Source of the DNA: Octopus sinensis
Lineage: Eukaryota
Length of the DNA: 64,000 nucleotides
Assembly (NCBI RefSeq): GCF_006345805.1
Contig: NC_043001.1
Span: forward strand, 115,754,001 to 115,818,000
Direction: 5' to 3'
Positions 1 through 13,040 of the stretch are shown here, piece by piece (the stretch's first letter is position 1; the number at the start of each line of letters is the position of its first letter). The translations under genes and the position numbers were made by a program. The notes below the pieces were generated by a model that had not been told where the DNA came from, made no database searches, and saw nothing but the letters and a program-made list of their open reading frames with translations.

Positions 1-140
1 TAAAATTAAATAAGGCAGCAGAAATAATGAATATAGAATAAATAAGATAAGAATAAAAATTAGAAATAAAGGGAAAGTTTATGTGGGAATTCATGCACAA
101 GTATACATCTGTGTGTGTATATGCATACATGGATTACATT

Positions 141-436
141 GAGGGGCACTCCATTGGTTATGATGACAAAAGTCCTAGCTGATATGATCGACAGGACAGC
201 ATGCTCATGAAATTAATGTGCAAGTGGCTGAGCACTCCACAGACATGTGTACCCTTAACGTAGTTCTCAGGGAGATTCAGCATGACATACAGGTGTTACT
301 CATTTTTGCCAGCTGAGTGAACTGGAGCAACGTGAAATAAAGTGTCTTGCTCAAGGACACAATGCGTCACCAGGAATTGAACTTATGATCTTATGATCAT
401 GAACTGAATGCCCTAACCACTAAGCCATGTGCCTTT
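141..436 (-). mobile_element. tRNA-derived CORE-like SINE
   Basis: The reverse complement has a tRNA-like head (cttagtggttagggcattc...gttcaattcctgg) followed by the CORE-like tgtgtccttgagcaagacacttta. The body matches the SINE at 7878-8180. Confidence 0.8.
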
Positions 437-1039
437 ACTATGGATTATATAGATGGATTATATTATGTGTATATGTTTACATGGATAACATTGTTGGTAT
501 TTATAAAATAAGGTAAATAAGTAAGCAGAAATAAGGAGTAAAGAATAAATAAAAATATAAAGGTGAAATAAATTTGCTTATGTGGTTATTTTTATTCATA
601 ATTAATTAATTCATTCATTATTTCTGCCTACTTATTTATGTTATTTTATTATATATTTTACTAGCAGTATAGCCCGGTATTGCCCGGAATTAAGTTAGGA
701 TTATAAAGTGATCAAGTGCTTTATTTCAAACCAAAATAAGTGACACCAACATCGAATTTGAGTGAAATCCATTGAAATTGGTATACTTTTGGCTGAAAAT
801 GGGTTGCAGGCAATTTGATTATGAAATCCCATAAGGAATTGGTTTATCGATTATTTCTATTCAGCGATTGTTTATTTATTTTTTTTGAGAACTTACAACA
901 TTCTAAGATTCCATGGGTCCTAAGTAATGTTGGCTTCAAGTTTGGGGAAAATATGTCAAAATATGTGAAAGTTATGGTTGAAAATGGGGTGTAGCCAATT
1001 TTAGTAGGAAATCCTATAAGGAACTGGTTCATCAATTTT

Positions 1040-2560
1040 TTATCCTGAATGAATGGAAAACCCCAAATGGATGGCGAAGCATGATCTCACTGGGAACTGT
1101 GATCTGAGGAGGTTAAATGGCATGTCTGACCCTGAGGGATAAAGCTGCATCCTTGAAATTAAAATATTTTCACCCCACCCACACCCTGTAATAATGGTGG
1201 CCTCAGTCAAGTGGGGCGTCAGAGACTTGATTACTAAGCAGGTCCTGTTGCGCTGTTTAGGCGGAAGCAAGTTTCTAAATAGCATAATTGGGCATCCAAC
1301 CCTTAGCCTAAGAATGTGAGTGGAAGCCATGATGGCTCCAATGAGTTGAGAAACTCGATAGAGTAAATGGCAATGTCTTGGGGGTCAGAGATCTGGTCAA
1401 TTGATTTGTAGATGCACTCCTCACCTGGAATTCAGCTTATGAGCTGGTCGTTGATAGCCCTGACAGCTACGTTTTTTGGGGCCAGGATGGTTCTTTCACT
1501 GAGCCAATTGATGTCTGCATAATTACTTTCCAGATTGGGGAACACTGTTTCCGAAAGATTGGAAGGGTTGTCCACAGTGTTGCACAGTTCAGAGATGGAT
1601 ATGTCACCCCTATAATTCCTTGGGAACTTGCCTTCTCCAAGGGTTAAAATGACTTCAGTAAATGCTGCCGACGTGCTATCACCAAGCAAGTGTGCACACA
1701 TGTTTGCGCTTAGACTTAAGGTCTTAATCTGGAGCCACAACATCGATGACTTAAGGCATGCAAGCACTTCATCAGCCCGGCTCCCTTTAGGGATGACAGG
1801 AAGTGTTTGCCAGAAATCTCCTGAAAGCAATAGAGTTACACCACTCATAGAAGCTGTAGAATCCCTAATACCTTTCAGTGACCGGTCCAGTGCCTCAAGG
1901 GCAACCTTACTGGTCATTGTGCATTCGTCCCATACAATGAGATGGCACTAAGAACTTCATTTTCCTCTGAAATTTTGCCAATCTTGCAAGTAGGAACCTC
2001 AGCCCTCACCAAATGTAAAGGCAGCCTGAATGCTGAGTGCACTGTCCTACCTCCCGGCAATAACGTAGCAGCGATTCCCAAGGAAGCAACTGCTAGTGCA
2101 ATTTGTTTCTTGCAATGAATATTAGCAAGTATTAATTGTGTTATAAAGGATTTGCTGGTACCTCTAGTAGCATTGAGGGAAAAAATGCCACCCACCTGTT
2201 TTTCAATGGCACTGATGACAGTTTCGTACACTAGCCTCTGATCAGGCAGCAATTTCGGTCCATTTACTCTCAGGTACTCTGCAAGGCCATCAGCGTCATA
2301 TGACAAGTCCAAATGTAACTTTGGTGGGAGTGTGTTAACGCCCTGTCGCAATGAGGATGGCAAACCGAATGTGTTCAACGCTGCCCCACCCATTCTGAGC
2401 AGGGCATCCTTGATTTCAATCAGCGCAATTATTGTAGATCAGGTCATTGTATCCAATGTAAGCATTAGGGCACTGTTGCTTTGCCAGTCATCATTTGCCT
2501 TGACCACCAAGGAAGCAAAATTACATACAGAGAATTTCATAAACAGAAATGAATGGAAAA
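1040..2560 (-). pseudogene. Helitron RepHel PIF1-like helicase remnant with frameshifts
   Basis: Fragments 1914-2393, 1432-1917 and 1040-1330 carry PIF1/Helitron motifs: decayed GTGKSF, ALAVASLGIAATLLPGGRTVHSAF, LLLSGDFWQTLPVIP, RTILAPKN, LRLRVGCPIMLFRNL and QFPVRSCFA. Confidence 0.9.
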
Positions 2561-2996
2561 AGGTTTTAAATTAAATTTTTAGATTAACACTTGCACAATT
2601 TTCACTATGTAAAAAAAATTGGATTTTTTGCTTGGAATCAACTACCATGGCCACCAAATATGCTACAAAACCCTTTTTGTGGTCCAAAAACAGGGTGGGT
2701 GTGGTGGAAGCTTCTGAAATTTCACACCCCACACCCTTTGATCTTTTCACCATCAATTTTTCAATGTACGTGGAAAAACACAGAGATTAAGAATATGGAA
2801 AACATTTTTTTTTTACTCTCAAATTTACCATGAAACACTCTAGGCAAATTTTTAGATAAAGCTCACACAATTTTCACTAAGAAAAACAAATCGGATTTTT
2901 TGCATGGAATCAACTACCCTGGCCTCCTAATATGCTACAAATACCCATTTATATTGTGTAATTCATTGAAAAATTGATACCTAATGCTTTGTTTCC

Positions 2997-3034
2997 GTCA
3001 TCGTCATCATCACCGTCATCATCATCATCACCAC

Positions 3035-3071
<37 letters not shown>

Positions 3072-5295
3072 GTTCAACGTCCGTCTTCCATGCTAGCATG
3101 GGTTGGACAGTTCGACTGGGGTCTGAGAATCCAGGAGGCTGTACCAGGCTCCAGTCTGATCTGGCAGTGTTTCTACAGCTAGATGCCCTTCCTAACGCCA
3201 ACAACTCCGTGAGTGTAGTGGGTCCTTTTTATGTGCCACCGGCACAGAGACCAGGTGAGGCTGGCAATGGCCACGATCGGCTGGTGCTTTTTATGTGCTA
3301 CCGGCAAGGAAGCCAGTCAAGACGGTGCAGGCATCGGCCACGTTCGGATGGTGCTTTTTACATGACACCAGCAGAGGTATCACAACTACAATTTCCATTT
3401 GATTTTATTTCATGTTGATGTACTTGACTCAATAGGTCTCGTCAAGCACAGCAGGTCACCCTACAATCCAAGGTAAGCACAGCAGGCCGTCCTGCGGTCG
3501 AAGGTACTTTGGATGGGTTGGGGCTGCTATGTGAAGCTGGTGCAGGAAACAGCCATGAACTCACGTTATCTGTCAGGTCTTCGCAGTCACAGCATATCTC
3601 TAGAGATCTCGGTCTTTCATCATTGTCTCTGTGAAGCCCAATGTTCAAAGGTCATGCTTGACCACCTCATCCCATGTCTTCCTGGGTCTACCTCTACCCT
3701 GGATTCCTTCAATTGTTTGGAAGTGGCACTTCGTCACACATCTCTCCTCAACCATCTGTAGTACATGACCATACCAGTGCAAATGTCTCTTTTGCATGCC
3801 ACATCCAATGCTTCTTATGTCCAGTATTTCTCTCAGGGCACTTACACTCTGTCATGTGTGCACACTAACATTACACATCCAGCGGATCATGCTAGCTTCA
3901 TTTCTTTCAAGCCTATGCATGTTCTCTGCAGTCACAGCCTATGTTTCACTACCGTGAAGCATTGTAGTTCGCACACATGCGTCGTACAATCTACCATTCA
4001 CTCTGTGCGAGAGACCCTTTGTCACTAGTAGGGGTAGAAGCTTTCTGAACTTTGCCCAGGCTATTTGTATTCTAGTGGTGACACTCTATGAGAATCCACC
4101 TCCACTACTAACTCGGTCACCTAGGTAGTGGAAACTATCAACTACTTCTAGTTTCTCTCCCCGGAGTGTGATGGAATCTGTTTTCTGAGTATCTGTGGTG
4201 TCTATTGCCCCTGTGCATCTGCTGCACACAAAAGCTATCTTCTCGGTTAATTTTCCTCTGATGTTGCAGCACCTCTTATGCATCCATAGCTTACACTGGG
4301 TACATCTTATGGAGTTTCTACCTACACCTTTTCTACAGATTGAGGGGGGGGGGGGTGATGAGTTCGCCTTCCTACTTACTAGAACTTTGGTCTTTGCTAC
4401 ATTGACTCTAAGGCCTTTTGATTCTAAACCTTGCTTCCACAGCCGAAATTTCTTTTCTAGTTCCGGTAGTGATTCTGCTATGAGGGCCAGGTCATCAGCA
4501 TAGAGGAGCTCCCAGGGGCAACCTGTCTTGAATTCCTCTGTTATTGCCTAGAGGACTATGATGAATAAAAGGGACTGAGGGCTGAACCTTGGTGGACCCC
4601 TACTTCTACCCGGAATTCTTTACGATACTCGTTGCTAATCCTAACCTTACTAACGGCCTCTTGGTATAGGGCCTGTACAGCCCTTATTAACCATTCGTCA
4701 ATCTCCAATTTCCACATTGCCCACCAGATAAGGGATCGGGGAACCCTGTCAAAGGCTTTCTCCAAGTCCACAAAAGCTAAGTACAGGGGTTTATCTTTAG
4801 CTAGGTATTTCTCCTGCAGTTGTCAAACCAGGAATATGGCATCAGTGGTGCTTCTACCCAGAACAAAACCGAACTGCATCTCATCTAAGCAGACTCTCTC
4901 CCTAATGAGATGGGCTATGACCCTCTCAGTGACAGTCATCACCTGATCCAGCAGTTTGATACGTCTGTAGTTATTTCTATCTAGAGCATCACCTTTACCC
5001 TTGTAGCAGTTGACTATGGTGCTGCTACGCCAGTCATTGGGTATGACTCCATTATGAACTACCTGGTTTACAATGCATGTGACTAGGCCATATCCCACTC
5101 CACCAGGTGTTTTAAGCATCTCAGTGGTGATTCCTGATAGGCCGGGGATTTTCCTGGCTTTATACCCTTAATTGCTTTATCTACTAGGGAGCTGTCTATT
5201 GGGATAGCTGGTCGTTCAACTGGATTAACATTTGGCAGGCTCTTCTCCTCCCATTCATTCTCTACATTCAGCAGTCTTTCATAATGGCTTCTCCA
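2997..5295 (-). mobile_element. 5'-truncated RTE-clade LINE
   Basis: (CAT)n tail at 2997-3070 (a (GAT)n 3' tail), then 3' UTR and RT motifs in broken frames: YKGKGDALDRNNYR, EMQFGFV, DLEKAFDRVP, GVHQGSALSP, LLYADDL. Confidence 0.95.
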
Positions 5296-6295
5296 AGCCT
5301 CTTTCTTTGCAGAAACATTAAATGTAAGTCTTTTCAGAAACTTAATGTTTCTATGTTGTTAAATACATAGATTCTCAACAAAACACATTCTTCCTCAATG
5401 TAAAATAAAAACAAACTCTTTCTTGTCCAAAGTAATGTGTGTGTGTGTGAGAGAGAGAGGGGGCAGGGAGAAAGATGAACGATTTAAAATAAATAAATGA
5501 TTTAAAATAGGAATACTAAATTTCTAAATCTCTCGTAGAGACATGTACGGTGGTGGGGCGATAGAATGGTTGTATACTGTCAATCTAACACGAACGTGAC
5601 AGTAGGGGGGTACACCACCGCTGTTTAGCCCTCAGAAGCATCGACGCCTCCTGATGGCTTTGACACATTTTTCCTGTGTCCTTATATACATTTACGAAGG
5701 GGAGACAAATACTCCCAGCTGCCCGGGCTGCATCTAGGGACACGTGTTTCAGGATTTAAAATAAATATATTTCAATTGTTGTGTGAGAAAGTATATATAA
5801 TCTGATTATAAAGTATAGTGTCTTTCAAAAACATCCTAAATTTGAATACTATATCTCGTGTATAAGAAAAAAAAACATTTTACATTTTTATTTTTGGTGA
5901 ACACTGTCACTTACTTTATCTCTCCCTCACACACACACACACAACAACACACAACATCTGTCTCCCTCACACACACACATACATACATCAACACAACTTC
6001 TCTCTCCCTCACACACACACACACATTTTCACTTCCTTATGGCAAGAAGGGACTTAACTCATGTTAGCAAACTTCAAAATTGGTAAAAGTTAAGGTTGAA
6101 AATCGGTTTTTACTACTACCCGCTGGTGCTTCGGGAAAAATAATTTGACAAAAATACAGTTAGGATCGTGACAAATGTCCTCCTAAAATTGGAGCGACGT
6201 GTGCTAATTTGTGGACGTGCATAAATTACGTTCACGTACACATACACACATCCTGCCTTTTATATATACAGATAAATACCAACAATATTATCCAT

Positions 6296-7142
6296 ACATC
6301 ATCATCATCATCATTGTTGTGTAACGTCTGCTTTCCATGCTAGCATGGGTTGGACAGTTTGACTGTCGGCTGGTGAACCAGATGGCTGCACCAAGCTCCA
6401 GTCTTGATCTAGCAGAGTTTCTACAGATGGATTCCCTTCCTAACACCAACCACTCCGAGAGTGTAGTGGGTGCTTTTACGTGCCACTAGCATCGGGCCAG
6501 TCAGGCGGTACTGGCAACGACCTCACTCGAATTTGTTTTTACACATGCTAACGGCACAGGTACCAGTAAGGCGATGCTGGTAACGATCCCGCTCGAATGG
6601 TGCCTCCTACATCCCTCCTACAAGCCAGTTAGCCACTCTGGCAACGATCATGCTCAGATGGTGCTCTTAGCACCCTACTAGCACAGGACATAAGTGCCAG
6701 TAAGGCGAAGCTGGCAACAATCACGCTCGTATGGTGCTCGTGCCCGTCATCGAATTTCACTTTGATTTTGATTTCGGTTTCGATTTCAATTGCCTCAACA
6801 GGTCTTCGCAAGCAGAGATTAGTGTTCAGAGAAGGGAAAGGTATGCACAAGTGGGCTGGTTACACCCCTGGCACAGGCAGACCAGGTTATGGTCTCATTT
6901 GGCTTGCCGGGTCTTCTCACGCACAGCATATTTCCAAAGGTCTCGGTACTGGCAACAACCTCGCTTGAATTTGTTTTTACACAGTAAGTATATATAATCT
7001 CATTATAAAGTATAGTGTCTTTCAAAAACATCCTAAATTTGAATACTATATCTCGTGTATTTCCTTGGTGAGGCCTAAAGTTCGAAGGTCGTGCTTCCTG
7101 GGTCTACCGCTTCCACAGGTTCCCTCAACCGCTAGGGTGTGG
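6296..7142 (-). mobile_element. RTE LINE 3' fragment (tail, 3' UTR, end of RT)
   Basis: (CAT)n tail plus the same 3' UTR as 3070-3600, with 4-5 diverged internal repeat units. Confidence 0.9.
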
Positions 7143-7622
7143 AAATATAAACTAATGAACTAATGAAATAACTAGAAATAAACATCTCTATATCTGTATA
7201 TGCAAGTACATATAGAGATACTAATATATAAACAAGATACACCCATACATGTATTCATGTGTATAAACACATAAGCAAATTTATTTCACCTTTATATTTT
7301 CATTTATTCTTTATTCCTTATTTCTGCTTACTTATTTACCTTATTTTATTCTATTTATTATGTTTTATAAATACCAACAATGTTATCCATATATAGATAT
7401 CCACATACACATAATATAATCCATGCATGCATATACACGGACATGCATTCACGCATAAACAAATTTTACTTCCCCTTTATTTCTATTTTTTATTCTTATC
7501 CTATTTATTCTATATTCATTATTTCTGCTACCTTATTTATTTTATTTTATTATATTATATATTTTAATCATGTACTTTTACTTTTACATAATTTAGTTGA
7601 TTATTATCATTATTATTAAACT

Positions 7623-7877
7623 TCATGATCCTTCGATGCCTTCTACTGAGAAAAGTTCTTTGTGAAGGGCAGGGAACTCTATGTCCGGAGCAGATCGTTT
7701 GAACATGTTGAGCACATCGATGTGCCATCCTCCTAGGTTGCGCAGCTCCTCTACATGACCAAGGAGTTTCACAAGAGTTGTCTCCTCCTCCTTGTGATTC
7801 TTGCCGACTTCAAGTTTCAAGACAGTCAATACTTTCTCGTGAAGTTTCTGGATGTCGTCTATGTCTTTTAGCCCATT
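7623..7877 (-). pseudogene. Hr3: Orphan C-terminal exon fragment of an NR1F (HR3/ROR) nuclear-receptor ligand-binding domain
   Basis: Stop-free NGLKDIDDIQKLHEKVLTVLKLEVGKNH...LRNLGGWHIDVLNMFKRSAPDIEFPALHKELFSVEG*. FPALHKELF matches the HR3/ROR AF-2 helix FP(A/P)LYKELF. The 5' side is cut by a SINE and no upstream LBD or DBD exons are seen. Confidence 0.8.
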
Positions 7878-8180
7878 GTGAGTGTTTATTGAGCGAAAAC
7901 ACCTAAAGCTCCACGATGCTCCGGCAGCGGGTGGTGGTGAACCCTGCTGTACTCTTTCACCACAACTTACCCTCACTCTTTCTTCCTGTTTCTCTTGTAC
8001 CTGTATTTCAAAGGGCCAGCCTTGTCACACGCTGTGTCACGCTGAATCTCCTCGAGAACTACGTTAAGGGTACATGTGTCTGTGGAGTGCTCAGCCACTT
8101 GCACGTTAATATCATGAGGAAGCTGTTCCGTTGATCGTATCAGCTGGGACCCTCATCGTCGCAACCGACAGAGTGCTCCT
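7878..8180 (+). mobile_element. SINE, 5'-truncated
   Basis: Body gaactacgttaagggtacatgtgtctgtggagtgctcagccacttgcac matches the reverse complement of 200-280. Confidence 0.8.
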
Positions 8181-8842
8181 ACCTATTAAACTTCAATATA
8201 AATATTAATATCAAATAATGTATGAATGAACTTTTATTGCTGCTCTTATGTATTTATGTACATTAATGAAAAACTTAGAAAGTAACATATATACACATGT
8301 AAGTTGATATATAAACCATTGGCATCCATAATTATTGTGTGTATGTATATCTGTACCTGTGTATGTGCGTCTGTGTGTGTGTGTGCGTGCGTATATATAA
8401 ATATGAGCATAGACATGCGCACACACATATACAAACATGAACATAAACTTTATTTCTCTTTCACTTTAATTTTATTTCATTTTATTCAGTAAATAATGTT
8501 CCTCTTACAAAGTATAAATCATTATTCATGATTATTATTATTAGTAATATTGAATTTTAAAATAAATGAATATTTTTAATGCATGCATGCACACACACAT
8601 ATACATAGTAAACATAAATATATTTTCTGTGTATATTTGAATATTCCAGTAAATCGCTATGTAGTTCACAAATTGTCCTTTTATGCACCCTGAAAATTTT
8701 CACCAAAGGCATTTAAAATGCAAAATTTATTTATATGTATCTATATATATAAAAGAGAGAGTTAATTCATTTGTTTGTCAACCAAAATGAAACTAAATGG
8801 TTCAGGGGAAGCTATTATGTTTTATCTATCTATATATATATA

Positions 8843-8870
8843 TTAGCTGATGTACCCAGTAATTCCTGGG
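8843..8870 (-). mobile_element. Helitron-like 3' terminus (orphan)
   Basis: The minus strand reads CCCAGgaattaCTGGG tacatcagCTAA|T, with the same layout as the terminus at 661. Confidence 0.5.
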
Positions 8871-8989
8871 AAAGCAGGGCTTATCTCCTTGTTCTGTTCT
8901 TAATCCAATAAGTAGCATATGCAAAATGGTATTAAGGAAGGGTAGGAAAATATTAGATTTATAAGCCCAAAAATTCACTCCATAACTGC

Positions 8990-9145
8990 CCACGGGCTTA
9001 TGGCATAGTGGTTAAGAGTGTGCGCAGGCTACTAACCCAAGATTCCAAGTTCAATTCCAGGCGAAATGAGGGTATATCAGCCAAAACATTGTGTTAACAA
9101 GACATGCAAGATGAGGACAAATATCCGTCAAATGTAAATAATGTA
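8990..9145 (+). mobile_element. Internally deleted tRNA-headed SINE
   Basis: tggcatagtggttaagag (A-box) and gttcaattcc (B-box), with no complete cloverleaf. Confidence 0.6.
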
Positions 9146-9365
9146 CAGCTGTTTAAATGTTGATAGGTTGAAATTAATTTTACAACCTACAATTTGTATT
9201 TTTATTAAACAATTTATTTTAGAAAAACAAAGAAAATCAACTATGTGAAGATTTTGGGGTAAAAAACAAAATTAACAAAGATGAATAGATCGTAGTACTT
9301 TTCTGTAATGAATGTAAATAAATTATTTTACAGGTTTGTAATAGAATTTTAAGCTTTCAACTTAC

Positions 9366-9617
9366 ATTCTACATTGATCCAATGTGTTTTATGTAATTCT
9401 CTTTTACTGCACTTGTTAGAAACATAACAAGTGTAATCCTCATTATTGTGTGTTCGATTGAGTTGAGGAAATGTTAAATTTTGTGAGGTCTTCTTACTTG
9501 GATCCCACCTGTAGCTGTACTTTTCTGGATATCCATTTCTTGCCTTACAATGCAAAATGCCTTTGTCACCTTCAAGAAAGGGTTCATCAGCCTTGATTTC
9601 TACCATATCAGGTGGAT
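9366..9617 (-). CDS. Ig-like domain exon (third seen) of an Ig-superfamily cell-surface protein
   Basis: tttatacAG acceptor, GTAAGT donor, 252 nt, phase 1/1. Reads (Y)PPDMVEI...GILHCKARNGYPEKYSYRW...EDYTCYVSN, with the canonical Ig C...W...YxC pattern. Confidence 0.9.
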
Positions 9618-11769
9618 CTGTATAAAAGGAAATCAGATTATTTACGTAAATACTTGCATAAAGATATTTTATTTTTTGCTGTTACATTGGCAATTAATAT
9701 TCCAAGTTGCATTGAATATAAAGTGATGCATAAAAATGAGAAAATTTTAAATGAATTCTGTTAGTATTGCAATCTTTTACACTGAAAGAAATGTCCAATA
9801 CAAATTTTCAAATCCTAACCAATATATTAGAAAATACACATCTATATAAAAAATACTTGTATCCAAGAATTTCATCAGACTACCATTTAAGTTTTGAAGA
9901 TGTTGGCAAAATTTAATTAGCAAGACACAAAGTTTCAGGAAAAGGATGCAGAATAAAAGGCAACATTGAATATAAGTCTACATAAGTTCCACAACTACTA
10001 TCATTAAATAAAATGAAATAAAAATGTGTATGATGAAATATTACATTTTTGTAAATTGGAACTGCTGATAATGATAGAATTGTAATAAAATAAGGGAAGT
10101 TTAATGTCAAACTAAAATACCACAATATAGGTGTTTTTAAAAAAGGAATTTATGAAAATTTGTTGGTGCAGACTTTTCATAATGTTTTACCTACATTTTG
10201 CAAAACTTCATAAATTGCATTACATTATTAATTTCTTTTTTACTTTCCTCAAAACAGATATTTTTTCCATACCTACCAGATCTCAAGAGCACAGAGTATT
10301 TCTTAACTGTGCTGTTATCTAATATCCATTTTAATTCCCAGAGTAAAACCAAGTGGTAAGATTAGCTGTAATGGATCTATAATACTGTACATTTTGACTA
10401 TTATACCTGCCCTATTAACAAATATAAGTGAGCTTATTTTTTTCTGACATATGGGTTCTTAATATGTATATATCTTCCTCAAAATAGACATGCACTATCA
10501 TCATAGAGAGGATGATAATCATCATTGCTGCCACTGCCACTATCATCTTGTGTCTGCTTTCCATGCTAGCATGGACAATACATTTTAACAAGGTCCTGCA
10601 GGCCAGAGATCCACATCTTGCTTAAAAGTCAGTTTTAGCATGCTTTCTGTATACCTTTCCTAATGCCAACCACTTTACAGAGTTTACTGGGTGCTATTTT
10701 CATAGCATCAACTCTAATGAGGTTCCTTTGTAACTTGCAAGACTGAAGAGCTATTCAACTAATGGGGAAGATAAGAGATAGGGTGGATGCTTTAAGCAAG
10801 GAGTTGAGATGTTAAAGTATCACTGTGGAGGGTGGCAGAAAGATGTGTGGCAACTATTTATTTTGCATCAATGGGTGGGAAGGACTGGAATGGGACTCAA
10901 GAGGTAAATATGGTGATGACAAGGTAACAGAACATACATGCATGGTAACATGTCCAAGAGATAAATGGAAGAGAGAAGGATAGAGGAGAATAATGAAGGT
11001 TTGCAGATAAGGCTGTAAGAGTGTGAAAGGAGAGTGAGGTGGATATAAAGATGAGGTGAATGAGGTCAGTAGTATATAGAAGATAAATGTAGAGAAGGGT
11101 GAACAAGGGTGGAGGGAACCAGTATGAGTGGGGTGCAATTGAGAATGAGGAATGAAGGCTGATTGAGAATAGTATAGAGGAGAAGAGTGGTGATCAGCAG
11201 TACAGAGATGGCAATGGTATGGTGCATAGCAGCAGGTTCTATATCAGTTTCTTACAAGAGCAGAAAAATGTAGTATATTGGGAAATGATAGAGGGATGTC
11301 TGATAGAGTGATGAGGGATAGAACTCAGGTCGCAAGTGGAGGAGACTGAGGGGATAGGATGCTGGATGTAGAATTAGAGATTGCGAGTGAGATGTGAGGA
11401 CAGGATGATAGAAGTGGAGTTGAGGTTGTGAGTGAAGTGAATGTGAAAATTGGAAACCAACAAGGAAAGGAATGTAGTCATGGATGACAAAAATGAGGAA
11501 TGAGTATCAATAGGAAGTGGCAGCGATCCAGAAGTTACAAATGAAGATGAGAGTTTAAGATGGATATTAACAAGGGTGAGGTAGGGATTGTCAATTGTTA
11601 GAATGAGGAGAATGGAAGTGACTTAGAGGGGGAACTCAGTTGTCTGGATAGATGGGGGAGTCTCAGGTGCATAGTGTACATATATATATATATTACGTTT
11701 TGAGAGCCTTAGCCATGATGTGCAATCATAGGAAGGTAAATCATGTTGAGTACTGCATATCACTAATCA

Positions 11770-13040
11770 ACTTGGTTTGTCATCTCTTCCATGAGTGCCA
11801 GCATCCTCATCCCATGTCTTTCTCTCACACAGGTTTCATCTACTGTGAGTGATCATTACTTTTATATACAACTGTCTTCATCCATACATATCACATACCC
11901 AAACTAATAATGTATACTACATTTAATTCTTGGCCGGTTGTTCCCTCAACACATTTGTATTCCATCAGTTTTGCACACTAACATTGCATATCCAGTGGAG
12001 CATGTATGCTTTATCTATTTCTAGTCTTTTCAGGTCCTCCACATTCAAGGCTCATGTCTCACGATCATGGAGCATTTCAAGTTGAAAAAAGCATCATAAG
12101 GTCAGCTTTTCACACTGAGAGAAAAACTTTATGCTTGTGACAGAAGTAATAAATCCATGGACTTTCTCTACTCAGATTTTACATTGGCTACTACACTTTG
12201 AGAACAACTTCCACCAATACTGTTTTGATCACCTAGATAACAAAAGCTCTCTATTACATCTAGAAATCTTCCTGGGCTTTTGAAGGCATCATTTCTCATG
12301 TTCACTTAATGTTTATTGCTCCAGCACACCTGCTACATACAATGTCCACTTTGTCAACCTACCCATAATTCCATTGTATCTCTTGCACATACACAGTTTG
12401 CACTGGATACACTATATCAACTTTCCACCCATTCCTCTTTTTACATATGAAACAAGGTAATTATCCAGATGGACGAAGGGTCTTGTATGTTTTCTGATTT
12501 ACTAAGTTTTGAATGTTTACCAAGGTAATGAGGCCCTTTGATTCCATGCTTTGCTTTCACACCTGTAATGTTTTCCCAGTCTTACTCCAGCTTCAGCCAT
12601 AAAAAAGAGAACATGAGCAAATAAGAATTCCTGTAGACACCTAATCTTAAACTCCCCTGGAGGTCTTTGATAAATAGAAAGAGACTAAGCACTGATGGTA
12701 TCCTACCTACACACTAAAGTCATCACTGTACTCATTGCTATTTCTCATATTGCTGACAATACACCTGTATATGGATTGTATGGCTCACATAAGCCATTCT
12801 TATACTCCTAGCTTCATCAATAATTACTAGATCCCCAAATGAGTAACCTCTGTCAAAGGCTTTCTCTAGGTCAACAGGTTCTTCACTTGTTGACTGACCA
12901 GGAATATGATATCAGTACTTCTTTTTTCCAGAACAAAACTGAACTGCATCTCATCTAGTTTAACTGTCAATTATCAACAGAGCCATAACTCTTTTTCTGA
13001 CTTTAATGAACTAGTCTAGTAATTTGATATCCCTCTAATT
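11770..13040 (-). mobile_element. Old degenerate RTE LINE
   Basis: Decayed RT motifs (gatgagatgcagttcag, gacctagagaaagcctttgac, ttgttatctaggtgatc on the minus strand) with many stops. Confidence 0.8.

Larger units (their letters stand above)
661..6272 (-). mobile_element. Degenerate Helitron, both termini visible, interrupted by a nested RTE
   Basis: On the minus strand the 3' end is a CCGGG-caata-CCGGG-type hairpin then CTAG|T at 661. The 5' end is A|TCTGTATATATAAAAGG at 6272. PIF1 helicase remnants lie between. That both ends belong to one element is inferred. Confidence 0.65.

Noticed and set aside
2984-3418. Poly-His protein ORF
   Set aside because: It is the antisense reading of the RTE (GAT)n tail.
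5739-5750. GAAAC-ACGT-GTC half hammerhead on the minus strand
   Set aside because: No CUGAnGA or matching stem I was found nearby. At most it is a truncated relic.
7878-7976. N-terminal part of the 117-aa ORF
   Set aside because: It is antisense SINE sequence, not nuclear-receptor homology.
8990-9065. tRNA gene
   Set aside because: Only A/B boxes are present, with no full cloverleaf, and it continues into SINE body sequence.
7623-9366. Ig-HR3 fusion transcript by splicing into the SINE acceptor near 7903
   Set aside because: The Ig donor is phase 1, but that AG would need phase 2. The phase-1 join reaches a stop within six codons.
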